This document shows, piece after piece, positions 8,298 to 18,057 of a stretch of 53,719 nucleotides of DNA; positions within the stretch are counted from its first letter, which is position 1, and each line of letters opens with the position of its first letter. A model generated the notes under the pieces. It saw only the letters and a list, made by a program, of their open reading frames with translations, was not told where the DNA came from and ran no database searches. The DNA comes from a virus (Duplodnaviria > Caudoviricetes), in the IMG/VR virus record IMGVR_UViG_3300045950_000056, positions 1 to 53,719 of that record; one strand, 5' to 3'. The position numbers and the translations under genes are program-made.

Positions 8298-8986
8298 TGA
8301 GCGAAGCGGTAATGACCCTTCAGCGTCAAGGGAATAGCCTTCTGGAAGAGGTAAGCTCCCTTGTGGTCCTGGATCAAGAGAGCGCGGCCATTGCCTCGGG
8401 CTATCGGCAAGCCGTCAAGGGGTATCTGAAACGGGTCGAGGAGTTGACGGCTCCCGTGATCCAAGCAACGAAACAAGCCGTTGCGGCGGCGATGGCTCAA
8501 CGGGAGGGGCTACGCCAGCCTGGCGTGACCGCCCAAACGACCTTGGATCAGAAGCTTCTGGCTTATGACCGCGAGGTCGCCAGACAGCGGGCTGAAGCCC
8601 AGCGCCTTGCCGAAGAGGAACGGCAGCGGTTGGTGGACGAGGCCAAGCTCCAAGCTGCCCTCGACGCTGAGGCGAACGGGCATCCGGGGCAAGCAGAGGC
8701 CATCCTCGCCGCGCCCGAGCCACCCATGCCAGTCCTGGCCCCGCCAGCGGCAATGCCAGAGCCAGCCAAGACGGAAGGGGTCTGGTATCGCTCGACGTGG
8801 GAAGCTCATGTGGTGGACTTCCGGGCACTGGTCCAGGCATGGCTTGACGGCAAAGTGCCCGAGCTGGCACTCCTGCCTGGCCAGGTGGCGCTCAACGACC
8901 TTGCCCGCGCCAAGCGGTCGGTGGATCTTGGCATCCCTGGCGTAATCGGCGTGGAAAAGCGAAGTGTGGCGGGCAGGGCGGGATAA
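8294..8986 (+). CDS. Conserved phage coiled-coil protein of recombination modules
   Basis: Long coiled coil, RSTWEAHVVDF and C-terminal IPGV. Confidence 0.65.
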   Translation: MMSEAVMTLQRQGNSLLEEVSSLVVLDQESAAIASGYRQAVKGYLKRVEELTAPVIQATKQAVAAAMAQREGLRQPGVTAQTTLDQKLLAYDREVARQRAEAQRLAEEERQRLVDEAKLQAALDAEANGHPGQAEAILAAPEPPMPVLAPPAAMPEPAKTEGVWYRSTWEAHVVDFRALVQAWLDGKVPELALLPGQVALNDLARAKRSVDLGIPGVIGVEKRSVAGRAG

Positions 8987-10539
8987 TGGACGCATGCCGG
9001 GTATTAGTCCACATCCTCACTCACTGCTACAACGACTGCGCGGCAGGTCTGTCGCCTGGCGGCGCAAGCCCCCAAGCCCCCTTCCGCCAAGGCTCACGGC
9101 GTCTCTTGAGTGCCCGCACGGGCACTTACACGACGTTTCTCCAGCGGAAGTCCCACTCCGGACTTGACTCGGGGTTCGTGCCTCTCTGGTTGCCGGACAT
9201 GCTCTTCGATTTTCAGAAGGCGCTCACGGAGTGGGCTATCCTGAAAGGCCGAAGCGCCCTCTTCGCGGATTGCGGGATGGGTAAGACGTACATGCAACTC
9301 GTCTGGGCCGAGAATGTGGTCCGTCAGACGAACAAAGCCGTGCTGATCCTGACGCCGCTTGCGGTTTCTCAGCAGACCGTCGAGGAGGGCGAGAAATTCG
9401 GGATCGAGGTCCGCCGAACCACCGACGGGACAATCAAACCTGGTATCAATGTCACGAACTACGACCAGCTTCACAAATACGATCCAGCAGAAGTTGTCGC
9501 CGTCGTCTGCGACGAAAGCTCGATCCTGAAACATTTCGGCGGGGCGACACAAAAGCTGCTCACGCGGTTCGTCTCCAAACTTCCGTACCGGCTCCTCTGT
9601 ACGGCGACGGCGGCCCCGAATGACTTTCACGAACTCGGGACCAGTAGCGAGGCCCTAGGCGTCCTCGGCTATACGGACATGCTGAGCCGGTTTTTCGCTC
9701 TCGCCGACAGCGGCCACTGGCGGCAGGACGCTGTGAGGCTCGCGCAGCAGGCGAAAGCTGGCCACCACTACGCGAGGCTGGCCTATCGTGTGTCCCAACA
9801 GATCGGCCAGTGGCGGTTGAAGCCGCACGCGGAAATCCCGTTCTGGCGATGGGTCTGCTCCTGGGCGCGGGCTTGTCGGAGTCCTGCGGACCTTGGGTTT
9901 GCTCAGGACGGCTTCGCGTTGCCCGCATTGATGGAGCGCCACTATATCGTGACGCCCTCCCGTCCTCCAGACGGGATGCTCTTCACCATCCCTGCCTTTG
10001 GGTTAAGTGAGGAGCGGGACGAACGCCGCCGGACACTGGACGAGCGCGTGGACTTGGTGCGACGCCTTGTTGATCATCCCGAGCCAGCCGTCGTGTGGTG
10101 CCATCTGAACGTGGAAGGTGACCGTCTCGCCGAGGCGATTCGGGGCAGTGTCCAAGTGAAGGGATCAGACAGTAACGAGGCCAAGGAAGAAGCCTATCGC
10201 GCGTTCAGCCGTGGCCAAGTGCGTGTCATTATTACGAAGCCGAAAATCGGGGCGTGGGGCCTGAACTGGCAGCACTGCGCCCATGTCGTGACCTTTGCGT
10301 CCCACAGCTACGAGCAGTATTACCAGTCTGTGCGCCGATGCTGGCGGTTCGGCCAGCACCATCCGGTGACTGTCGATATCATCTCCACCGAAGGGGAAGT
10401 GCATGTGCGGGATAACATGGTCCGAAAGATGGCGGCGGCGGACCAGATGTTCACAAGCCTCGTTCGCTATATGCATGAGGCTGAGCCTGTGACCAGGGTC
10501 CACGCCGACCAGGACGTAGACGTGCCCTCATGGCTGTGA
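8986..10539 (+). CDS. SNF2/SF2-type helicase; true start may be near 9106
   Basis: LFADCGMGKT, CDESS, TATAAPND, GLNWQHC, QSVRRCWRFGQ. Confidence 0.9.
   Translation: MDACRVLVHILTHCYNDCAAGLSPGGASPQAPFRQGSRRLLSARTGTYTTFLQRKSHSGLDSGFVPLWLPDMLFDFQKALTEWAILKGRSALFADCGMGKTYMQLVWAENVVRQTNKAVLILTPLAVSQQTVEEGEKFGIEVRRTTDGTIKPGINVTNYDQLHKYDPAEVVAVVCDESSILKHFGGATQKLLTRFVSKLPYRLLCTATAAPNDFHELGTSSEALGVLGYTDMLSRFFALADSGHWRQDAVRLAQQAKAGHHYARLAYRVSQQIGQWRLKPHAEIPFWRWVCSWARACRSPADLGFAQDGFALPALMERHYIVTPSRPPDGMLFTIPAFGLSEERDERRRTLDERVDLVRRLVDHPEPAVVWCHLNVEGDRLAEAIRGSVQVKGSDSNEAKEEAYRAFSRGQVRVIITKPKIGAWGLNWQHCAHVVTFASHSYEQYYQSVRRCWRFGQHHPVTVDIISTEGEVHVRDNMVRKMAAADQMFTSLVRYMHEAEPVTRVHADQDVDVPSWL
9109..9126. promoter_or_regulatory. 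18-bp palindrome copy (17/18)
   Basis: AGTGCCCGCaCGGGCACT near the 5' end of the helicase core. Confidence 0.65.
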
Positions 10540-11495
10540 TCGAGCAGAGCGTGACTAACCGCTACGCGCTCTACTTAGGCGACTGCGTAGAGGTCATGGC
10601 AACGCTGCCAGACGCCTCTGTGGACATGTCGATCTATTCGCCTCCATTCGGGGGCCTCTACCAGTACAGCTCCGACGAGCGGGACATGTCGAACTGCGTC
10701 ACGCGCGAGGAGTTTTTTGAGCATTACGAATTTGCCGTGCGCGAGATCACGCGGTTGACCAAGCCGGGGCGCATGACGGCTGTTCATTGCGCGGACATTG
10801 CGAGTGGGAACACTGGACTCGATCACCTCTACGATTTCCCCGGCGACCTCATCCGCCTCCATGAGCGGATCGGATGGAAGTTCTGCGCCCGATATCATGT
10901 TTGGAAAGAGCCCCTGACGGTTCGCAACCGGACGATGACGAAGGCGCTGTCCCACAAAATGCTGACGCTCGACTCCACCCGGTGCAACATCGCCAATGCG
11001 GATCAACTGCTGCTCTTTCGGAACCGAGGCACGAATCACGTGCCAGTCTCCCATCCCAACGGTCTGCAACACTACGCTGGTGCGCGCCCGATTCCGTCCG
11101 ACGTGCTCGCTTACCGAGGCTGGCGCGGGTCGCAGATTGAGAATCGCTACTCTCACTGGATCTGGCGGCAGTACGCCTCGGCCTTCTGGGACGACGTACG
11201 GATCGACCGGGTGCTGCCGTATCGGCAGGCCAAGGATGAGGATGATGAGAAGCACGTCCACCCGCTGCAACTGGACGTCATCGAGCGCGGACTGATCCTC
11301 TGGTCGAACCCTGGCGAGACGGTCCTCACGCCGTTTATGGGCGTGGGATCGGAAGTATATGCCGCGCTCTCATTAGGGCGTAGGGCGATTGGGATTGAAC
11401 TGAAATCAAGCTATTATCAGCAAGCCAAAGCGAATATCAAATCGCTCGGTCGGCTCGCGGATCAAGACGAGTTGGCACTCGATGGGCAGCCGTGA
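10530..11495 (+). CDS. DNA amino-methyltransferase (N4-C/N6-A, beta class)
   Basis: YSPPF catalytic motif, KHVHPLQL, VLTPFMGVGS SAM motif, IGIELK. Confidence 0.9.
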   Translation: MAVIEQSVTNRYALYLGDCVEVMATLPDASVDMSIYSPPFGGLYQYSSDERDMSNCVTREEFFEHYEFAVREITRLTKPGRMTAVHCADIASGNTGLDHLYDFPGDLIRLHERIGWKFCARYHVWKEPLTVRNRTMTKALSHKMLTLDSTRCNIANADQLLLFRNRGTNHVPVSHPNGLQHYAGARPIPSDVLAYRGWRGSQIENRYSHWIWRQYASAFWDDVRIDRVLPYRQAKDEDDEKHVHPLQLDVIERGLILWSNPGETVLTPFMGVGSEVYAALSLGRRAIGIELKSSYYQQAKANIKSLGRLADQDELALDGQP

Positions 11496-11672
11496 CCGTC
11501 CTCATCTTGGGAGGCAACCTATTCGATCCGTAGTCGTGTTCCGATGGGCCAACGAGCGTCGAGTGAACGGGATGCCCACGCCGACGATGCTGGCGAAGCA
11601 GGCCTACGAGCTTGTATGCTCGCATCCGCTTTATCCGCTATCCTGGCTCATGCGAAAGAAACGGGTAAACGC

Positions 11673-12296
11673 ATGACGCGCATCGACCCGGACGGCCTTC
11701 GCCCCTACGAGACGCGCGACTTGCGGCTGCGCCAAGGCGCGAAGTTCCTGGCTGTCGAAGCCCTCGCGTGGGCGCGGGTGGCCCGAGAGGCCATCGAGTC
11801 GGAAGACTATCTCCGGTTCGGCTTTGAGAATGTCCGGGACTACTTCGACCAGCGGGTCGGGGTGGCCTACCGGACAGCGGCGAAGTATATCGCCGTCGTG
11901 AATGCTCTCGATGCTTTGCCACCGGCGGTTCAGCCGCGCGCGCAGACCGCCATTGCGGAGATCGGGATTCACCGGGCGGCGGTGCTGGCGCCGGTCCTGA
12001 CGGCGAAGACGTGGGAACGGTGGGTCGCGCAAGCCGCGATCTCTCGGGAGGCCGCGCTCCAGGAGGCCGTGTCGGCCAGCCTCGGACGGGAGCAACGAGG
12101 TGGGCTGCCTGACAACCCCGGCGAGCGGGCCTACCGCCATCTCCTCCACTACTTGCCAGACGAGGAGCGGGACCGGTTTGACCGCGTATTTCGGGCCGCG
12201 ATGAAGGTAGCCGAGACGGATAACCCGGTTCGCGTGTGGTTGTTGATGATCGGACTCCTCGAAGCGGACCTTGTGGCCCAGGGGGTGAAGGTATGA
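11673..12296 (+). CDS. Hypothetical helical DNA-binding protein
   Basis: YLRFGFENVRDYF...GVAYRTAAKYI HTH-like pattern. Confidence 0.55.
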   Translation: MTRIDPDGLRPYETRDLRLRQGAKFLAVEALAWARVAREAIESEDYLRFGFENVRDYFDQRVGVAYRTAAKYIAVVNALDALPPAVQPRAQTAIAEIGIHRAAVLAPVLTAKTWERWVAQAAISREAALQEAVSASLGREQRGGLPDNPGERAYRHLLHYLPDEERDRFDRVFRAAMKVAETDNPVRVWLLMIGLLEADLVAQGVKV

Positions 12297-12438
12297 GCAC
12301 CGGCCAATGGTTCCCGACAAGTGAGCAGTTTTCCGATCTCGCCGGTCGGCTCTTCGAGGCCTACCGCGAGCTGTGCAAAACCGATGAATGCAATTGCATC
12401 ACCAGACGATCATGCTCTTCGATGCTCAGTCTGGTCAA

Positions 12439-12771
12439 ATGATCCGCCAGACGACGCTCCGACGGCAGGGTAAGGTTACTCGGCGGCGCACTGCGGCAGC
12501 CCGAAACCTGCGCGCCCAACTGCTCGCCCGATCTGGCGGTCGGTGCGAAGTCCCGTGGTGCCGCCGGACTCGCCGGTTGGATACCCATCACGTCGTCAAG
12601 CGGAGCCAGGGCGGGCACGAAACGATGAACAATCTGGTCCTCCTCTGTCGCCGGTGCCATGAGGCGACGGATCGGCCATTGGAGAAAGGCAGACTCGTAA
12701 TTAGCGTTGTCCTCGTCATGAACCACCCCAAGTTCCGGCTTTACCTTAATGGGGAATGGGCTTGGAGATGA
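12439..12771 (+). CDS. HNH endonuclease
   Basis: CEVPWC...DTHHVVKRSQGG...NLVLLCRRCH. Confidence 0.9.
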   Translation: MIRQTTLRRQGKVTRRRTAAARNLRAQLLARSGGRCEVPWCRRTRRLDTHHVVKRSQGGHETMNNLVLLCRRCHEATDRPLEKGRLVISVVLVMNHPKFRLYLNGEWAWR

Positions 12772-13127
12772 TACGTTTCTTTATTCCGGGCCTACCTCAA
12801 GCGAGTCAGACCGGCTCCGTGATCCGCGGCCGAGGACGCATGGCGGGGCGACTGATCCCGCTTCGGCGCGGGCAAGGATGGCGAGATCGCTGTGTGTTGG
12901 CGGCGAAAGCGAATCGCCCGACCAGCGGGCCGTTCGATGGTCCCGTGTCCATTGAGCTAGAGTTCACGTCCGAGGGAGCCTACGTGTGGTGCGAGCCTGT
13001 GCCGTCGGCCAGGAGCAGCATCCGAGGCGACATCGACAACCTCGTCAAGGGCTGCCTCGACGCTTTCCAGGGACAGCTGTATCACCGGGATAGTCAGGTA
13101 GTCAGGCTGATCGCGGTCAAGAAATGA
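12768..13127 (+). CDS. rusA: RusA-like Holliday junction resolvase
   Basis: GPVSIELEF, DIDNLVKGCLDAF, DSQVV. Confidence 0.85.
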   Translation: MIRFFIPGLPQASQTGSVIRGRGRMAGRLIPLRRGQGWRDRCVLAAKANRPTSGPFDGPVSIELEFTSEGAYVWCEPVPSARSSIRGDIDNLVKGCLDAFQGQLYHRDSQVVRLIAVKK

Positions 13128-13420
13128 CGCTTCGCTTTGCCCTTCTCATTATCGTGATGGTTGTCCTCACCATGCTGGCCGTCGTGATTGCATACGGTGC
13201 CGTGGAAGAGGTTATGCGAGCCCTTCAGGCCGAGCGCCGAGCCCTCGAATCCGAACGCGAGGCCTACCACCGGATTCTCGCGCTGACCTCGGAGCTCTTG
13301 GAACAGGAAGCCCGAGCGCTCTGTTGGGAAGCGGAGGCCCGTCGGCCTCGGGAGCCAGGAACCCGAGGCCGGTTCGTTGAGTGCATGAAGCGCAAGACCA
13401 AACGGGGCATCAAGCTATGA
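13124..13420 (+). CDS. Membrane-anchored coiled-coil protein
   Basis: N-terminal TM; ATGA coupling. Confidence 0.55.
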   Translation: MTLRFALLIIVMVVLTMLAVVIAYGAVEEVMRALQAERRALESEREAYHRILALTSELLEQEARALCWEAEARRPREPGTRGRFVECMKRKTKRGIKL

Positions 13421-13608
13421 GGCGGTGCGAGTGCGGCCGGCGCGTCTCGATCCTCCTGCATCCGGGTCGCAATAAGCGGAGCCGCGCGGCGCGGGCGGGG
13501 CGGCGGGTCGGGCTCCAAGATCACACGCTCTGTCATCAGTGTTGGCTTCGGCTCCTTAGTCAGCAGGTCGCTGAACGACTCACGCCGCGCCCGAGCACTC
13601 GGTCATGA
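13417..13608 (+). CDS. Small Zn-ribbon protein
   Basis: CECG...LCHQC; coupled at both ends. Confidence 0.55.
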   Translation: MRRCECGRRVSILLHPGRNKRSRAARAGRRVGLQDHTLCHQCWLRLLSQQVAERLTPRPSTRS

Positions 13609-14420
13609 CGGTTCCAGTTCCGGTCGGCCCACTCTGCTCCTGCGGTCGCCTCCGGGTTCCGAATCGGAGTCGGTGTGCGCGGTGTTTGAAGTATCAGAGC
13701 CGGTGGAACCGCCAGAGGCGCAACAGGCTGCGGGCAATCGGTCGGTGTACCACATGCGGAATGCGCCCCCATGCGCCCCGGCGGGTGCAGTGTTCACGAT
13801 GCCGTCGAAGCAAAAACCGCTATCAACAAGCATTGAATCGCCGGAAGAAACAGGAGGGGAGTTGTCGCCACTGCGGATTGCCGTCGGCGCCGTTGGTTTT
13901 TTGCGAACTTCATCGGCAAGCGAAGAATCAGACCAGCTTGACTCGTCATCGTGTGTTGTGCCGGTGGTGCCACAAGGCGATCCGACCTCGCCACGGAGGA
14001 CGAATGAATCGGCTGCACGATGGGCGATGCTTCGAGCGCTTCCACCGGGCCTCGCGGGCGCGCATGATCCTCCACCACCGTGAGCTGAACCGGCGACAGT
14101 GGGCCCGGGCCACCCCGATTCAACGTCAGCGGCATTCCGCCCTCGTCTGGGCGATCCAGCGAGAACACCGAGCGATGGGACTATGCCTCTCTTGCTCGCG
14201 CCCGGCGATCACGAAAACCTCCTGTGCCGTCCATCTCCCGCCGCTTCACTGCCGGAGTTGCCGGGCAGAGATTCCGCCACTCGAGCGAACGCATGGTCGG
14301 CGATATTGCCTGGCCTGTCGGCCCCGCTCATTCTGGCGCCAGCCAGCCCGCGCGGGCACTGAGGAGAACTTCCATGAGCACACCGAGGGCGAAACCCAAG
14401 AGACCCCGAAACTGGAATGA
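13605..14420 (+). CDS. Arg/Cys-rich multi-zinc-finger protein
   Basis: Repeated GxCxxCG...CxxC/H units. Confidence 0.65.
   Translation: MTVPVPVGPLCSCGRLRVPNRSRCARCLKYQSRWNRQRRNRLRAIGRCTTCGMRPHAPRRVQCSRCRRSKNRYQQALNRRKKQEGSCRHCGLPSAPLVFCELHRQAKNQTSLTRHRVLCRWCHKAIRPRHGGRMNRLHDGRCFERFHRASRARMILHHRELNRRQWARATPIQRQRHSALVWAIQREHRAMGLCLSCSRPAITKTSCAVHLPPLHCRSCRAEIPPLERTHGRRYCLACRPRSFWRQPARAGTEENFHEHTEGETQETPKLE
14343..14360. promoter_or_regulatory. 18-bp palindrome copy (15/18)
   Basis: ccaGCCCGCGCGGGCACT directly followed by RBS GAGGAG and ATG 14374. Confidence 0.6.
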
Positions 14421-14736
14421 TCGGATTCGGAATGCACACAAGCGCGGTGGCTTCACTGCGCAGGATCGAAAGTTAGCGGCTGACTGGAAGACGTGCGCCG
14501 TCGGGGAACAGCGGCAGAAGTATCCAGACGTGATTCGGTTTGAACCTGTACCTCTGGACTTCTTTGCCCCAGTGAATGTTCCAACTGATTTACAGTTGAT
14601 AAAATTGGGCGGCTGGCAGCAGGGGTTTTATCGGGCTGTGGAATACGATAATGTAGCCGAGGCGCGGCGATTGCTCCGCCAGATTGAAGTGCGCGCCTTG
14701 GAGTTGAAGAAGGAACACGAAAGAAAGGCGAGCTAG
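14374..14736 (+). CDS. Hypothetical phage protein
   Basis: Strong RBS; WKTCAVGE motif. Confidence 0.65.
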   Translation: MSTPRAKPKRPRNWNDRIRNAHKRGGFTAQDRKLAADWKTCAVGEQRQKYPDVIRFEPVPLDFFAPVNVPTDLQLIKLGGWQQGFYRAVEYDNVAEARRLLRQIEVRALELKKEHERKAS

Positions 14737-15506
14737 TGCCACGGATTCGCCGGTGGCATCCGGTAAGTCATGAGTTCGTCCGGGACCCGGAGGTCCAAGA
14801 GTTGCGCCGTCTCTACGGGGACTGGATGGGCTACGTGTGGCTCGAAATGCTGGCGATTGCCGACCGAAATGAGGGGAGAATCAAGGGGAATTCGCGGCAA
14901 ATTGCGAGCAGTTTGTCGTGGATTTCCCTCCGAAATCGGCCCAGTTTGTCGTGGAAATCCATTCAATCTGCATTACAATTCATGGTGAAACGCGGCTGGA
15001 TTCTAGAGGAAAACGGGTACTTTCTCACATGTAACTATGCGGAATACCATCCATCGAGGGGAACAGTGAAATCCCGAGCGGGAACGGAAGAGAATCCCCC
15101 CATAACTACCTTCACTAACATAACTAACATACCGAACCTAACTAACGAACCAGGAAACAAAAGCTCTGTCGGCTCACGCCGACCTCGGGAGCGTTCGGCC
15201 CCTGGAAGCCTGGACGGATTCGACGCCCTGTGGGCGGTCCACCCAGGACCGAAGGGACCGAAGTCGGATGCCGTCGCGGCGTACCAGCGGATCAAGCCGC
15301 CGCCCGAAGCGCTCGCCGCGCTCAAAGCTCAGGTGGAGCGGAAGGCCGAGTGCGACCGGATCGGCGTGTTTTGCCCTCAGCCGCCGCATCTCCACCGCTG
15401 GATCACGAAACGCCGGTGGGAGGACGAGTTGACGCCGTTGCCTGCTGCGCCGATGTCCCACGCCGAGAGATTGGCGCGGGAGGCGAGAGAGGAGAGACAA
15501 CCGTGA
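14736..15506 (+). CDS. Phage replication initiator (lambda O/replisome-organiser-like)
   Basis: N-terminal winged helix (W...DPEV..L...YVWLEML), Thr/Asn linker, FDALWAVHP...WITKRRWEDE C-domain. Confidence 0.75.
   Translation: MPRIRRWHPVSHEFVRDPEVQELRRLYGDWMGYVWLEMLAIADRNEGRIKGNSRQIASSLSWISLRNRPSLSWKSIQSALQFMVKRGWILEENGYFLTCNYAEYHPSRGTVKSRAGTEENPPITTFTNITNIPNLTNEPGNKSSVGSRRPRERSAPGSLDGFDALWAVHPGPKGPKSDAVAAYQRIKPPPEALAALKAQVERKAECDRIGVFCPQPPHLHRWITKRRWEDELTPLPAAPMSHAERLAREAREERQP
15102..15146. repeat. Five imperfect tandem 9-mers (ATAACTAAC consensus); candidate iterons/origin
   Basis: ataactacc ttcactaac ataactaac ataccgaac ctaactaac inside the initiator gene. Confidence 0.6.
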
Positions 15507-15748
15507 GCGAGATTGAGTGGACAGATCGGTATCATGCTCTCGGCATTCCAGATCCCGAGCTAGCCGCGATGTGCGACGGACCATGCGAAGGGACTGGGTG
15601 GGTTCCTGTTTACAGTGACGAAGCCGATCCCCGCTATGCAGCATTATGGCAGGAAGCGGAAGCCAAGGCTCCAACTGGCGAAGCAGGCGGGGGGCACTTG
15701 GTTGACTGCCTAGACTGCCTTGGTACAGGAAGGAAACTAGGACGATGA
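15503..15748 (+). CDS. Small DnaJ-type Zn-finger protein
   Basis: CDGPCEGTG and CLDCLGTG. Confidence 0.6.
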   Translation: MSEIEWTDRYHALGIPDPELAAMCDGPCEGTGWVPVYSDEADPRYAALWQEAEAKAPTGEAGGGHLVDCLDCLGTGRKLGR

Positions 15749-16425
15749 CGTCGAAAGAAGCGCTCGCTGTGCTCGTCGCAGTCTATCCGGTCCTAGAAAG
15801 TCAGCTTCGCCCGCCGACGGAGAGGGCGTACCTCCGGAAAATGGCGGACATCCCTGGGGCGCTGTTGGAGGCAACGATTACGGCTCTCACAGACAGGCCG
15901 ACGCGCTTCCCCCCGGCCCCAGGAGAAATTCGGCACATGGCGGCGTCGCTTGCAGGGCTCCTCCCGATGAGCGCAGACGAAGCCCTGGCCATCGTGCGGG
16001 CCGCTGACATGGAGCGCCCGGTGTTCCGCCGGGATCGGCTCAGTCCAGACGGATCGGTAAAGCGGGCAGGCGAGTACGCCTACACCGAGAGAGAGTGGGC
16101 ATGGCCTGACGATCTTCCCGCCGGGCAGTTGGGAGTGATCCTCGCTACCTTGGCTCGGGTGGGAGATCCAGTCGGTCGGGATGGGGCGCCGATCTTCGGC
16201 TGGGAGCAGAGCTTCCGTTCGACCTACCAGCGGGAGGCCGAGATTAGCACCAGGGAGGCTCTAGCTGATCTGTCTCGGGCCGCGCTTCCCCCGCCTCGCC
16301 CGATGCTCCCCCGTCCGGCTCCTCGTGCTCTGCCAGAGGCGACCGACGGCCCGTCCCTGACCGAGGTCCGCCAGCTGGTCGGGCAGGTGGTGGCTCGCCT
16401 CAGCAGACCCCCACAAGGGGCGTGA
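15745..16425 (+). CDS. Putative helicase loader/loader-inhibitor-like protein
   Basis: MTSKEALAVLVAVYP...FPPAPGEIR pattern; position after initiator. Confidence 0.55.
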   Translation: MTSKEALAVLVAVYPVLESQLRPPTERAYLRKMADIPGALLEATITALTDRPTRFPPAPGEIRHMAASLAGLLPMSADEALAIVRAADMERPVFRRDRLSPDGSVKRAGEYAYTEREWAWPDDLPAGQLGVILATLARVGDPVGRDGAPIFGWEQSFRSTYQREAEISTREALADLSRAALPPPRPMLPRPAPRALPEATDGPSLTEVRQLVGQVVARLSRPPQGA

Positions 16426-16620
16426 ACGCCTTGGTCGCGGTAGTGTCCTAATTTAACCGGCGTTGGCATCAGACTGTTCCGGAGAAGCAGCAAGGGTTAC
16501 TTTTCTCCTCGTCAGTTTTACCAGAAATGGTGCTCGCCGAAATGCAGAATGGTCGCCTACTGGACGAGACGCCTTAAAGAGCCCATCAAAACCGGTAGTG
16601 CATTATAGGACTGGCAAACT

Positions 16621-16962
16621 ATGGGCCGGAAATGGCAGAGAAGTAGGGACCTCTCGGTTGCGACATATACGGGAGACACAATTGTCGCCGCAATCGTATG
16701 CGGACCTCTCGCGGTGCATCGGGCTATCGGTCATCCCCGGCATTGGTCAATCACTCATGTACCGTCTCGCCTCGCCATTCCGACCCAGCCGAACGGTAGG
16801 GTGCTGCTCTTCAGAACTCGACGACACGCGATGTGGGCAGCCGAATATCTGCTGCGTGTAGCGGATTGGACTCAACCACCAGACACCATCCGGGCTCATC
16901 TCCGTCGCCGATGGTCGGCGATCGTGAAGCGCATCAAAGAACCTGGGTCAGGCCACCGCTAG
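16621..16962 (+). CDS. Hypothetical protein, last of the rightward operon
   Basis: LAVHR...WSITHVPS motif seen in phage proteins. Confidence 0.5.
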   Translation: MGRKWQRSRDLSVATYTGDTIVAAIVCGPLAVHRAIGHPRHWSITHVPSRLAIPTQPNGRVLLFRTRRHAMWAAEYLLRVADWTQPPDTIRAHLRRRWSAIVKRIKEPGSGHR

Positions 16963-17293
16963 GCGGGTATCCCCCCCCCCAGTGCCCGCAGGGGCACTCA
17001 TGCATCTGGTTCCTCTTGTTCTCGCCGCTCAAGTTCGTCCAATAGCCTGTCATGCTCGTCCTCGCCCATGGGCCGTTCTTAGCCCGGTACAATCTGTCGA
17101 GCATCGCATCTATCAGCGACCCCTCTACGCCCAGCAGCGGGGCGCGTTCCCATAGCGGCGACCGAAGCACAAGATCGGCGAGTTGCACATCCGTCAATTT
17201 CCTCAATTCTTGATCTAAGTTGGCTGCGAAGAGCAATGTCCGGGCTGCCTTTGCCTTCACATCTTCAGGGGTCAATGCACCAATACCCCTCAT
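16934..17293 (-). CDS. Hypothetical protein, last of the leftward operon
   Basis: Helical ORF with RBS-like AGGGA; start uncertain. Confidence 0.45.
   Translation of the reverse strand: MRGIGALTPEDVKAKAARTLLFAANLDQELRKLTDVQLADLVLRSPLWERAPLLGVEGSLIDAMLDRLYRAKNGPWARTSMTGYWTNLSGENKRNQMHECPCGHWGGGYPPSGGLTQVL
16981..16998. promoter_or_regulatory. 18-bp palindrome copy (16/18)
   Basis: AGTGCCCGCagGGGCACT at operon convergence, abutting a C10 tract. Confidence 0.6.
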
Positions 17294-17348
17294 AAGTAAC
17301 GCGAAAGGCCCCGAGCACTTTCCCTCACGTACACTTTCCAAGGGATGT

Positions 17349-17552
17349 TCATATTCTTCCCCGTTTTCCCGTGCCCTCTCTCACCAGCCGGGCGTACAGG
17401 GTGCCCAGGTTCACCTGGTATTCCCGCCGCCGACCATGCTCCCGGAGGCTGAGGATGCCTCCAGGGTAGAGCGTGACGGCCAGGACGGGCCGGATGCCAT
17501 GCGGCACTTGGACCGCCGTCCGCCGCGTGACGGGCTTCTGGAGCTGGGTCAT
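17349..17552 (-). CDS. Small hypothetical protein
   Basis: MTQLQKPVTRRT...LREHGRRREY pattern typical of phage microproteins. Confidence 0.6.
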   Translation of the reverse strand: MTQLQKPVTRRTAVQVPHGIRPVLAVTLYPGGILSLREHGRRREYQVNLGTLYARLVREGTGKRGRI

Positions 17553-17555
17553 GCC

Positions 17556-17866
17556 CTACTCTCTGAACCGGATCGTATGGCCCATCGCCCGGAACGCTCG
17601 GCGCAACTTCTGCTTACGGACTTCGTCCGAGATGGTAAGGGCGTCGTTAAGGTTGTAAATCTCGGAGGCTGCGCTCGTGATGTGGCCTTCTCTGCTAATC
17701 CAGTTGCGCCGTTCCTGGCCTGGGAATCGATGCCAAGACCGTAGCAAGTCCACGTCGGCCAACTTGTTGTCGGGGATTCCGAGAGCCCTGGCAAAGAATC
17801 CCACGCAACACCGCTTATGGTCCAGGAGAGACGATACCACTCGGAGACTTTCACGGTGAAGATCAT
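17556..17866 (-). pseudogene. Hypothetical protein with apparent frameshift near 17832
   Basis: RBS-led MIFTVKVSEWYR frame must switch to the SLLDHKRCCVGFF...IYNLND frame to look protein-like. Confidence 0.5.
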
Positions 17867-18057
17867 CGCGTCCCTCTTGGTGCCCGCGCGGGCACTCCTT
17901 TGCTACACCGATGCTCGGGCTTCACGTATTCCTTCGGGGCTCCAGCAGCGCCAGCGCCCGTTCGGGTTGATTGCTCAAGCACCGTTGCAATGCGCTCAAG
18001 GGCTTGGGCAATTCGTTCCGTGGGCTCCGAAGGCTCTCGGGTATCTGCCTCACTCAT
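17863..18057 (-). CDS. Small hypothetical protein
   Basis: GGAG RBS; ERIAQALERIA repeat. Confidence 0.55.
   Translation of the reverse strand: MSEADTREPSEPTERIAQALERIATVLEQSTRTGAGAAGAPKEYVKPEHRCSKGVPARAPRGTR
17879..17896. promoter_or_regulatory. 18-bp palindrome copy (17/18)
   Basis: gGTGCCCGCGCGGGCACT immediately upstream (minus strand) of RBS and ATG 17866. Confidence 0.7.
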
